From positions 74-64,073 of the forward strand of contig RFOM01000014.1 of assembly GCA_009926615.1 (NCBI GenBank): a stretch of DNA of 64,000 nucleotides, read 5' to 3'. The notes under the pieces are model-generated. The model was not told where the DNA came from and searched no databases. It saw only the letters and a list, made by a program, of their open reading frames with translations. The stretch comes from Pseudomonadota bacterium. GTDB lineage: Bacteria; Bdellovibrionota_B; Oligoflexia; Silvanigrellales; Silvanigrellaceae. The position numbers were made by a program, and so were the translations under genes. Below, piece after piece: positions 20,263-28,642 of the stretch (position 1 is the first letter of the stretch; each line of letters begins with the position of its first letter).

Positions 20263-21564
20263 TCAATCGCGGCACAAAAGAAAATCTTCAAGTGTAACTC
20301 CACGACACCAATCCGTTTCAAAAGGTGTTGAACAAACAACAATCAACCGCGTTTTCGGGAAAGATTTGTGAAACCAGTAAAACTCTTCCGGAGAAGCAGA
20401 TCCCCGCTTGACCTCGTAGGCAACTCCTCCCGATAGAAAATCGACCTCTTTGTCCTTTAGTGAAAGAAACGGAAGCACTTCTTCCATGGATGCGCCTGCA
20501 ATCATATTGCGACGCCACAGCTCCTGTGCAACAAGCCATTCTATCCACTTGCCTTGTTCGTTCCGGGGTAGCGCCTTCCAATCCTCAATCGAATGAAGTC
20601 GGTAAGGCGAAAACGCGACAGCACACAGAAGGTTGATGAAATGAAATTTTGATTCCTTCCTCGAAATCACTTTTTTCTTTACAAAATCGAACGGAACCGA
20701 ACGATTCAAAACCAGACAAGATACGAAGAGTTCGATGTATCCCAACGCAACTGTATTGTTGGCCAGCCCGGTCTCTTTTGCAATTTTCAACAAGCTCGCA
20801 GGTGTGCCACCTCGTGCAAATATTTCGCGCAACGTTGCGAGCGCATGGGCGCGTGTCCGTCCAGAACGAGCGATTGCTCCCAAAATCCAGTCTCGCACCA
20901 GCTGCAGGACGTAAGGTTCCAGATGGCCTTGTTGAAGAAGTGAATTGCAAGCCAGCGGTGAGCCGCCCGAAAGCAGATAGAGAACGATTTTGTCTTGACC
21001 CTGTAAATCGGCAAATTTGGTAAAATTTAAATAAGAGACAGGCGTAAATATGAAGGCCGAACGCGCCAATTTCCCCTTGCGGCCAGGGAGCAATTCCGAA
21101 CCCGAGAGCAAATCGTCTGCATGCGAGCCAGTTGTGACAATCAAGACATCCCGGGAAATTCCTTTGTCCCAAAGCCTTTTGATTGCATTCTGCCAAGAAT
21201 CGACCGCAGATATCTCATCGATGAAAAGTCGCTTGACTGTTCCTACCTGGAGAAGCGATATGAGCATCGAACAATGTTCAAAAAGCTCACGCTCATTGCT
21301 TACGTCATCGCAATTCAGGTGAAAGCAGGAGGCCCGCCCATGCGCCTCGTAGGATTTCTTGAGTTCGGATTCAAGCCATGTGCTTTTGCCATACTGCCTC
21401 GCCCCGCGCACAACAATAAGACCGGGCTCTGTTGGCAGCGTGTCGAGACCGAATTCAATATCAAACCTGTGACGATGCAATTTCGAAGAGGCAAGCGCTG
21501 GAAGATCAGCTGACTGCAGCACCTCTCCTGACAGGATTTTTTTATTAACTAACGAAATTTCCAA
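20263..21564 (-). CDS. AAA+ ATPase with C-terminal DUF4143 (AAA_14/DUF4143 family)
   Basis: Walker A GARQYGKST and Walker B RLFIDEIS, then TTGSHADDLL...LPGR. C-terminal EVDFLSGGVAYEVK nuclease-like fold motif. TTG start at 21564 preceded by AAGAGGAAA. Confidence 0.8.
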   Translation of the reverse strand: MEISLVNKKILSGEVLQSADLPALASSKLHRHRFDIEFGLDTLPTEPGLIVVRGARQYGKSTWLESELKKSYEAHGRASCFHLNCDDVSNERELFEHCSMLISLLQVGTVKRLFIDEISAVDSWQNAIKRLWDKGISRDVLIVTTGSHADDLLSGSELLPGRKGKLARSAFIFTPVSYLNFTKFADLQGQDKIVLYLLSGGSPLACNSLLQQGHLEPYVLQLVRDWILGAIARSGRTRAHALATLREIFARGGTPASLLKIAKETGLANNTVALGYIELFVSCLVLNRSVPFDFVKKKVISRKESKFHFINLLCAVAFSPYRLHSIEDWKALPRNEQGKWIEWLVAQELWRRNMIAGASMEEVLPFLSLKDKEVDFLSGGVAYEVKRGSASPEEFYWFHKSFPKTRLIVVCSTPFETDWCRGVTLEDFLLCRD

Positions 21565-21575
21565 AAATTTTTCCT

Positions 21576-21619
21576 CTTAACGATCACGGCGTTAAGATTA
21601 TAACGTTCAGAGCGTTAAG
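21576..21619. promoter_or_regulatory. Two tandem 7-N7-7 palindromes (candidate operators) upstream of the ATPase-HTH operon
   Basis: CTTAACG-atcacgg-CGTTAAG (21576-21596, perfect). tATAACG-ttcagag-CGTTAag (21599-21619, imperfect). Centres are 23 bp apart and the first overlaps the RBS region of 20263..21564. Confidence 0.5.
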
Positions 21620-22350
21620 ACTCAAGCGAAAATAGCTTTCACCGACAAAACCGCCATTCCGTTGGCCGGAAGGAAGCTGGTGGTTGAAGGGCCCTTGTCT
21701 TCTTGAATCATCTCATATTGAAACTTTATGATCAGATTCTTCATCTTTGCTCTGCTAAAAATAAGTGCGTAATAAACTGTCTCCACCGGCTCGATAATTT
21801 TCGCGCAACACAAGGCCCACACGGGACGCGCAGCGAAGGCAGCTGACGCGAGACGAGCGGAGGTCTCAGGGGGCATAACCTTATCATTAAGTGGAATGAT
21901 TTGATCTCCCTAAAAACAGATGGTGCGTTATCCAGCCCAAAGCGACCACTGATTCCACATCGACGAACAGCCGGTCGAAATCACTGAAATACGCACAGAA
22001 TGAAAACCAACGCCGTAATTCGGGATAAATTGGAAAAGTCTTATCGAAAATAGGCTTTCTCATCTGTACCTTGGCTGAATGGATCGCCTACAAAGACCTC
22101 TCGGCGGCGCGGTCATTTGAACGAAAACCAGTCCGATTTGCGTTCAATTGCAGACGCAGAAAATCCCGTGAGTAAGTTCAGACTTCTTTCCAAATCACAA
22201 GATTTGTTTGTCAGATGAACGAGCTGCCAGCGACCCAAATACAACGTAAGCGCCACGCCGACTGCAGGTTGCAGCCGGCATGGCGCTTACCCTTCTACCC
22301 GGATTCTTAAGGCATGACCATTCCGACAATCCTGAATACAAATTCTACCT

Positions 22351-23370
22351 TCAATCTGCCGTATCCCTCTCTTTCAGCGGGATACGGAGCGGCATGAGCT
22401 TGCAAAAGGACGCTCCCGACGGGAACGGAATCGCCTGAGAATTTAAAGGTCCGTGAAGTTTGAATTGAACCAAAGCTCGTCCAAAAAAATCCTTCCAAGG
22501 CATGATCAAAATTCCATTGTCGATTCGACGCGCCGGCTCACGGCAAACCAAATTGAACTTGGAAACAAGACCTTCTTCTTTCAGAGCCTTCAGGCCTTCA
22601 GGTCAGAATGTGAAGCTCTCTTGGTCGCCTTGACTTCGATTGCCAACTTTCCATTGAGAACAAAATCAACTTCCATGTTGGAGGTGCTGCGCCAATAACA
22701 AAGTGAGGCACTCGGCATAACGTAATCCACAAACGCACGTAGCTCACAAAAAACGAAATGCTTGAAGAATTGGCCAAAGTCGGCAGAGGCATCGCTGATT
22801 TGCGTTAAACCCCGCAGAGCAGCAACGACTCCCATATCAAAAAAGTAGAACTTGGGCGTCATTATCGCCTTGCGCTTTTTTATCTTGGTATATGGAAGAA
22901 GGTCGAAACCAAGCAGTGTGTCCTTCAAGATCTGAAAATAGTTCACCACTGCATGCCGACTGACTTGCGCATCGGCGGCAACGGCTGAGTAGTTGATCAT
23001 CTGAGCGTTACATACTGCCGCAACCTCAAGGAATCGGGAAAACGCCGGAATATTGCGTGCAATACCCTCTGCGGCAATTTCTTCCGTAAGGTATCTCCCG
23101 ACACAGGCTCGCAGGTCTTCTTCCGGTGCGTCAGAAAAATAATAAAACGGAATAACACCACGATTCTTGCTTTTTAAGAGGTAAAAACCACCTTCCCGAA
23201 GTTCCGCATAAGTCAAAGGATGCATCACACGGTCGCGAGCTCGACCTCCCAAGAGGTTTGTTCCTGCGCGTCTCAGCGCCCGTGCGCCTGATCCCGTGAG
23301 CAAAAAAGGATGTGACGTTGTTCTATGAGTAAATGGACTTCATCCAAAAGAATAGCCTGTCGAATTTTGC
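22351..23370 (-). pseudogene. Decayed AAA_14/DUF4143 ATPase gene (5'-truncated, frameshifted)
   Basis: LLTGSGARAL...LLGGRA, a DUF4143 core and EVDFVLNGKLAIEVK are present. No P-loop region remains; only an out-of-frame ILLDEV relic at about 23350. An 8-bp tandem duplication GCCTTCAG/GCCTTCAG (22586-22601) shifts the frame. Removing one copy extends the reading frame through LKALKEEGLVSKFNLV...DNGILIMPWKDFF to 22351. Confidence 0.7.
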
Positions 23371-23533
23371 GCCCATGTCTACTCAACCGGCCTCTGATGA
23401 GACTTTGCACATCGTGAACAAAGCGTAGACGGGCAGATTTTGTAAAAATCCAATAATTTCATTCGAAAGTTCTTGGCATACGACGTGCTTTACCGTGTGC
23501 AGGTCCATTTGCATGAGCTTGGAGGAGCACACA

Positions 23534-24676
23534 ATGAAAAATCTCTCTTTGGTATTTGCCGGTTTGTTCGCAATCACAGCAGTCGCGTGCGGAAAGGTAA
23601 ACCAGTCTCAGTCGGACGCGTTGAGTCAGGCTGGGGCAAAGAAGTTGTGCCGTGACACAATGCCTGTGACGGGTTCACAGGAACTCAGTGCCTTCCTCGA
23701 CGTCATTGCCTACGTCCACGGAACAAACGATCAATACAACAAAATGTTTAACGGAACAGAATTCACCAGCTATGCTGACCATCCCAGACAAAAGGTGTGC
23801 ACGAACGCAAATCGCTGTTCCGATGCCGCCGGTCGCTACATGATTCCGTCGACAGTTTGGGACGAGCTGCGAGTAAGCCTGAAACTGAAGGACTTTTCAC
23901 CTGAAAGCCAAGACAAAGCTTTAACCGAGATCCTCTACAGGAACAGTTTTAATCTCACAGCAGCCGGCGTCTCGGACAAAGCAACGTTTAGTGGAGCGCT
24001 TGGCATTTTGAACGCCCTTGTTTTGACGGATGAACTGCGGATCATGGGTTACAAGGACCTGTCACCCAACAGATATTCTGTGGATCATTTGTGGAAAAAA
24101 TATACCGAATTTTGGAACCTCGAATGTTCTTATGATTCGTCATCATCTGACAAGCCATCGCCTGACGGGTCATGGTATAATCCGATGGGAAGCATAACCG
24201 ATCCGGAAGTCGAGTATCCAATCACTCAAATGAAGCCGAAAGCCGGTTCATCGCTCCCAGTGATCGTCTACTCCATGCCGCTCAAAGATTTGATGGGATT
24301 CTATCCTTCGATTACCAAGCTGGAGCCTCTCAAGTTATTTCAGATTCGCTCTTACAAGCTACGCGGACAACCGTGGCAGAATTTGGAAAGGGTAACAACT
24401 TATCCTAACAGTATGCAGAAGTGCATTCTTTGTGGCTCTGTCGAACCCAAGGGCCTGCACCTGCAGACCACTCGCCGAAATCCGAGCAAAGAAGAGGCGG
24501 CGAAAAGCGGCTCCGGTCAAGACGTACTCGACCTTGAAGTTGTCTTCGACCAAGCTCAGTTCTCACACTCGGTGTCAACGGCAGGTACCGCTCCCGTCCT
24601 TGAGGCGATATTGATACAAACGCCCACCCTGAACGACTCATTGGTTAAGATTCGGGAAATCCGGATTGGTGAATAA
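23534..24676 (+). CDS. Lipoprotein with N-terminal phage-lambda-R-like (GH104) lytic transglycosylase domain and unknown C-terminal extension
   Basis: Lipobox FAITAVAC. AFLDVIAYVHGT...YADHPRQKV...AAGRYMIPSTVWDEL...LKDFSPESQD aligns with lambda R AFLDMLAWSEGT...YSDHPRKLV...GAGRYQLLSRWWDAY...LKDFSPKSQD. Confidence 0.7.
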   Translation: MKNLSLVFAGLFAITAVACGKVNQSQSDALSQAGAKKLCRDTMPVTGSQELSAFLDVIAYVHGTNDQYNKMFNGTEFTSYADHPRQKVCTNANRCSDAAGRYMIPSTVWDELRVSLKLKDFSPESQDKALTEILYRNSFNLTAAGVSDKATFSGALGILNALVLTDELRIMGYKDLSPNRYSVDHLWKKYTEFWNLECSYDSSSSDKPSPDGSWYNPMGSITDPEVEYPITQMKPKAGSSLPVIVYSMPLKDLMGFYPSITKLEPLKLFQIRSYKLRGQPWQNLERVTTYPNSMQKCILCGSVEPKGLHLQTTRRNPSKEEAAKSGSGQDVLDLEVVFDQAQFSHSVSTAGTAPVLEAILIQTPTLNDSLVKIREIRIGE

Positions 24677-24729
24677 TCGCATCAAAACACTCTGAAATTT
24701 TGGAACCTTGGGAAAAGTGAATTTCGGGC

Positions 24730-24760
24730 CTCTGTGCATACAAGTGCACAGAGCCTGTTT
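24730..24760. terminator. Hairpin between convergent genes (possible terminator)
   Basis: 9-bp stem CTCTGTGCA (24730-24738) / TGCACAGAG (24745-24753), followed by ccTGTTT. Confidence 0.45.
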
Positions 24761-24836
24761 CGTGATCCGGTAACGAGACAAGTTCCTGAAACCAAGTCAA
24801 CTCAAAACTACAATTGAAATTGAACCATGAGAAAAC

Positions 24837-25214
24837 TCAGCGAGGTTTCAAAATTTCAACATAGCTTTTGCGATAGGCCCACCCGAGAAAAAGTCCCATC
24901 ACCAGAAGAGTCACTGCAAGCGAAACCGGTGGCGACAGAAAAAAGTGAAACAGATTAATCTGCACAATGACGGGCGCAATCACAACCAGCGCCAGTGGAA
25001 CAAAGAATCCCGTCACCAGAGCTATGCCACACGAAATTTCACAGACCTTGAGCACAGGAAAAAAATAGCCCGTCTTGAGAAGAGCTGAAATGTATTCGCC
25101 GGCGATTCCCTGCGGTGGCGGCTGCGGGGGCAGAAATTCGTAAAAATAGTTGATGCCGAAAACCACAAAAATCAATCCGAGGATGATTCTGACTGCTTTA
25201 GTTGCTTTTACCAT
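24837..25214 (-). CDS. Small 4-TM membrane protein, DoxX-like
   Basis: 125 aa with four hydrophobic segments (IILGLIFVVFG, GIALVTGFFVPLALVVIAPVIV). Resemblance to the DoxX family is tentative. Confidence 0.5.
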   Translation of the reverse strand: MVKATKAVRIILGLIFVVFGINYFYEFLPPQPPPQGIAGEYISALLKTGYFFPVLKVCEISCGIALVTGFFVPLALVVIAPVIVQINLFHFFLSPPVSLAVTLLVMGLFLGWAYRKSYVEILKPR

Positions 25215-25270
25215 TTTCGCCTCAATAAAAGGTGACGGAACGTGTCCGAAAACATCCCGCCAAGGGTTTT

Positions 25271-26449
25271 TCAGAATTCGACGGTCAATTCAACCTTGCC
25301 GAAAACGTTGTCGGAAAATCCAACATCGCTTGTATTGTTCTGGGCAAGTGTTGCGTCGATGGATGTGTTTCCAAACTTGAGACCTGCACCCAAAAGCGGA
25401 GCGCCGAGACCTTTAACGAAATTCGTCTTCGACGTCGTGTTTGAAATCGATGCTCCCGACTGATTGACATCAGAGTAAACCGTCGTTGTTGCTTTAATGT
25501 TGTCGTAAAGCATCGCCTGAAATCCTGCCCGCAAAACCGACCATGATGAGGATGAATATTCGAGCCCGTTGGACCAACCGACGTTGACGTCAGTGGTCTC
25601 TTTCTTCTGCTTGCTTACGTTGTCAGTTGTTTTGCTCCATCCAACCCATGCTCTGCTGAAGAGAGTTGCGGCGTCGGTGAGTTTGTCGTCACGTTGGGCG
25701 CCGGTGTAAACTGAAATCAATTTGTTGAGATTGTCTTGTTTTGTGGTTGCAGCAGCCTTCTTGTCCCAGAAGCCTGCTTTGGTTTTGCTCTGTGCAATCG
25801 CAACAAACCAACGGTTTTTTTCAATTTTGTGAATAACAGAAAGGTTCAATTGATCGGTGGTCTGATCCGACATTCCATCATCGAGCGTGACGGTTGCATC
25901 TCCGGCAAGGCCACGCTGCGTGGATGTGGTTGCAAGCTTCCAGTCATTGCGATTAAAATTCAGTGAGACTTGCGTCGGTCCACTGATTATACCCCACCCC
26001 AATCCTAATTTTCTAAAGCTGAACCCAAAAGGAAAAACGCCGTCCGGACCCGAAATCTTGCTGTCCTGATAGTTGACTCTTAAACCATACTTGTCATCAC
26101 CAAAGAGCGTTCCCAGAGTCAGTCGCAATGGAAATCCCGACGCTGCCAGAGCAGTGTTTGCAGAAGTAATGTCTTTGCTGCTTCCATCCAGAGGAACGAC
26201 AAGTGTCGACTTCAGTGTGTTCACCTGCACAGCAAGGCCGTAGCTACCTGTATTTGCGATGGCCTGCAGACTTCCCTCTTTGCCGATTCGCAAGTAGCTT
26301 TTGTTCTCGCGCGTGTTCACAAAAGCCGGATTTTCATCCATGTTGTCGAAAATGTCACGGGTTGAATCTGCAAGCGGGCTTGTTGCGGTAGATGCAAATG
26401 CCGTTGTTGGAAATAAAATAAGAGCGACGTAGCCGATGACTTTTTTCAT
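25271..26449 (-). CDS. Outer-membrane beta-barrel protein (porin-like)
   Basis: Signal peptide MKKVIGYVALILFPTTAFA (ATG 26449). Amphipathic beta-strand pattern throughout. C-terminal ...GKVELTVEF with a terminal Phe. Confidence 0.65.
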   Translation of the reverse strand: MKKVIGYVALILFPTTAFASTATSPLADSTRDIFDNMDENPAFVNTRENKSYLRIGKEGSLQAIANTGSYGLAVQVNTLKSTLVVPLDGSSKDITSANTALAASGFPLRLTLGTLFGDDKYGLRVNYQDSKISGPDGVFPFGFSFRKLGLGWGIISGPTQVSLNFNRNDWKLATTSTQRGLAGDATVTLDDGMSDQTTDQLNLSVIHKIEKNRWFVAIAQSKTKAGFWDKKAAATTKQDNLNKLISVYTGAQRDDKLTDAATLFSRAWVGWSKTTDNVSKQKKETTDVNVGWSNGLEYSSSSWSVLRAGFQAMLYDNIKATTTVYSDVNQSGASISNTTSKTNFVKGLGAPLLGAGLKFGNTSIDATLAQNNTSDVGFSDNVFGKVELTVEF

Positions 26450-26508
26450 GATTCGATCCTGTTTGTTTGCGTGCGAAAAGAAAAACGCATTCAAAAATCC
26501 GTCGGGCC

Positions 26509-26540
26509 AAAAAAAATGGGACAGGCGTCAATCCTGTCCC
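26509..26540 (-). terminator. Rho-independent terminator downstream of the cupin gene
   Basis: Stem GGGACAGG (26518-26525) / CCTGTCCC (26533-26540). The minus-strand transcript is followed by AUUUUUUUU (plus-strand A8 at 26509-26516). Confidence 0.7.
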
Positions 26541-26565
26541 TCATTGGATTCAGAAGAAATCCATC

Positions 26566-27003
26566 TTATTTCTTGGCCGTTTTTCCGGGAATGTAGTCAG
26601 TCTTGGCGTCGGAAACAGTCAGAATAACGCAGTCAGCGCCTTCCTTGCACTTGTCGTTGTGGTCGTTCTTACCCGGCTGCATCACGTAGGAGCCGGCAGG
26701 GAGTTCGACGGGAGTTTGGCCGTTTTCCCAGTGAATCCATGTGCCCGAGATCAAAACACCATGGTAAGCAGCTGTGTGAGAGTGCATGCCAGCCTCGAAT
26801 CCGGCAGGAAGCTTAAGGTAACGGCCGTGAGCGCCCTTGTATTGGTCACCCCAAAGATTCACTGTCTTGAGGGGAGTGCCTTGAACATCTTGCCACTTGA
26901 GATCGGCGAAAGATGTCACTTGCAGTTTCTTGTCTTTTGCAAAAGCAGAGGCGGAAGCGACAATCGAAACAGCTGCGGCGCAAACGAAAAGCTTCGAGAA
27001 CAT
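26566..27003 (-). CDS. Exported cupin-domain protein (DUF4437-like)
   Basis: Signal peptide MFSKLFVCAAAVSIVASASAFA. Cupin-type GMHSHTAAYHGVLISG...VELPAGSY. Confidence 0.6.
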   Translation of the reverse strand: MFSKLFVCAAAVSIVASASAFAKDKKLQVTSFADLKWQDVQGTPLKTVNLWGDQYKGAHGRYLKLPAGFEAGMHSHTAAYHGVLISGTWIHWENGQTPVELPAGSYVMQPGKNDHNDKCKEGADCVILTVSDAKTDYIPGKTAKK

Positions 27004-27309
27004 GTAGAACCTCCATGAAACGTTTGACTGTGAAAAAATCCCTTATACGTTTGGTAAATTCGGATTCAAGATCAAGTTTATGGTGTCAACTAAGTGACGC
27101 GAATCAGGTGAAGAAGATTTTTAAACTCTTTCTTGTGCCTTCGAAGAGCGAACAGGTGTTTATTTTACGTTTCTGAGTGAAGAGTCATGACACACCCCGC
27201 GATCCTGCTTCGTGTGCCGCCGGAATGATGTTGTCGCGCAATTTTTCAATCATAATGCCGCCAAGACATCGCTGTTTTAACTGCATTTTACCTAATCAAT
27301 TCAGTATCT

Positions 27310-27326
27310 TTACAAAACATTACAAA
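27310..27326 (+). promoter_or_regulatory. Direct repeat TTACAAA-N3-TTACAAA (candidate OmpR-family response-regulator site)
   Basis: Two TTACAAA heptamers start exactly 10 nt apart (27310 and 27320), about 115 nt upstream of the CpxP-like/RR/HK genes. Confidence 0.3.
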
Positions 27327-27440
27327 GCATCACCGTGTGGTAATTCTATTTTTCCCGGAATCGACGAAGAGAACAACAGGAAGGCTGATTCGGACGCAGC
27401 ATCCGGCCTTTAAAAACCTCGTCCGAGTTTGGGAGTCTCT

Positions 27441-27887
27441 ATGTTTGCGAGAAGATCAATTCGTCGTCTTGTTGCCTGCCTCGGTATCGCGTTGGGAAGT
27501 ACGGGAATGGTGGCCTGTAATCACCACGGAAAGAACCATGGCGAACGTGCCGATTGGGTTGCAAAACGAGTTTCCGGCTATCTGGATTTCACCGCAACTC
27601 AAAATCAAAAGCTCGATGTTGTGAAAACCAAGGTCAAAGATCTGTTTCAGGCGCTCGATTCGAAGCGCGACGCTGCAAGATCCATTTTGCGTGAGGAGGT
27701 GGCAAAAGAAAAAATGGATTCGGCCCGACTAAATCAGAGCCTGCAGGCGAATTTGTCGGTCCTGAGTGAAAAATTGCCGGCAATCGTTGATGCTGTTGTT
27801 GAGTTGCACTCTTCGTTGAACCCTGCGCAACGCTCCAAGGTTGCCGAGAAGGTGCAGAAGTTTGAAGGCCGTCATAAGGGCAAATGA
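27441..27887 (+). CDS. Periplasmic CpxP/Spy-family (LTxxQ-type) protein, lipoprotein
   Basis: Signal sequence with GMVAC lipobox. Helical protein with FTATQ and LNPAQ (LTxxQ-like) motifs. Sits immediately upstream of a two-component pair. GGGAG RBS before ATG 27441. Confidence 0.6.
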   Translation: MFARRSIRRLVACLGIALGSTGMVACNHHGKNHGERADWVAKRVSGYLDFTATQNQKLDVVKTKVKDLFQALDSKRDAARSILREEVAKEKMDSARLNQSLQANLSVLSEKLPAIVDAVVELHSSLNPAQRSKVAEKVQKFEGRHKGK

Positions 27888-27900
27888 ACAGGGAGATGCG

Positions 27901-28641
27901 ATGAACAAGGGAGGCGCGCCGGAGACTTCAGCTCAGGTCGTGTGGATCGTTGATGATGACCCGAAGCTCGGCGCACTTCTTTGCGAATATCTGGCGAATT
28001 TCAATTTCAAGACTGTCTATTTTTCAGATCCCGCGGCTGCACTGTCGGCATTCGAGGCAGGAGACGGCAAGTCTAGGCAACCCGATCTCATTGTGTCGGA
28101 CGTCATGATGCCAGTCATGGATGGATTGGCGTTGATGAAGAGAATCCGCGCAGGCAGCTCAGTTCCCATTGTCTTGCTGACGGCCAGAGGCGACCTGACG
28201 GACAAGGTCCTCGGTTTGGAGATGGGTGCCGATGACTATCTTGCGAAACCGTTTGAACCGCGTGAACTGGTCGCACGGGTTCAGTCCATTCTGCGCAGGG
28301 CTGCCGATTTGACTCAACGCAAACGGATCTTCCGGTTTAGCGACATCGAGATCGATATTTCGACGCATGGCGTTGTCGTGGACGGAAGCTCTGTATTGTT
28401 GACCTCTACGGAATTCGAGGTTCTCGCGCAGCTTGTCACAAACGCAGGACATATTGTCAGCAGGGATACTTTGATAGAGCAGACGCGCGGCATTGAATGG
28501 GAGAGCTACAATCGCTCGATCGATGTCATGATCTCCAAGCTCCGGACCAAATTGAAATGTGATCCTCAAAATCCCCGCTTTATAAAAACAATTCGTGGTG
28601 CGGGTTACATGTTCATTGCGCAGCGGCGCGAGGGACAATGA
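27901..28641 (+). CDS. OmpR/PhoB-family response regulator
   Basis: REC domain (VWIVDDD, DLIVSDVMMP, LLTARGD). Winged-helix output (LTSTEFEVLAQL...TIRGAGYMF). Confidence 0.9.
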   Translation: MNKGGAPETSAQVVWIVDDDPKLGALLCEYLANFNFKTVYFSDPAAALSAFEAGDGKSRQPDLIVSDVMMPVMDGLALMKRIRAGSSVPIVLLTARGDLTDKVLGLEMGADDYLAKPFEPRELVARVQSILRRAADLTQRKRIFRFSDIEIDISTHGVVVDGSSVLLTSTEFEVLAQLVTNAGHIVSRDTLIEQTRGIEWESYNRSIDVMISKLRTKLKCDPQNPRFIKTIRGAGYMFIAQRREGQ

Positions 28642-28642
28642 G

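Noticed and set aside
18877-23533. Calling the tRNA-Ser-flanking segment an integrative mobile element
   Set aside because: No integrase or recombinase gene was seen. By eye, no direct repeat of the tRNA 3' end (TTCGAATCCCTC...) marks a far boundary. It is reported only as an accessory segment.
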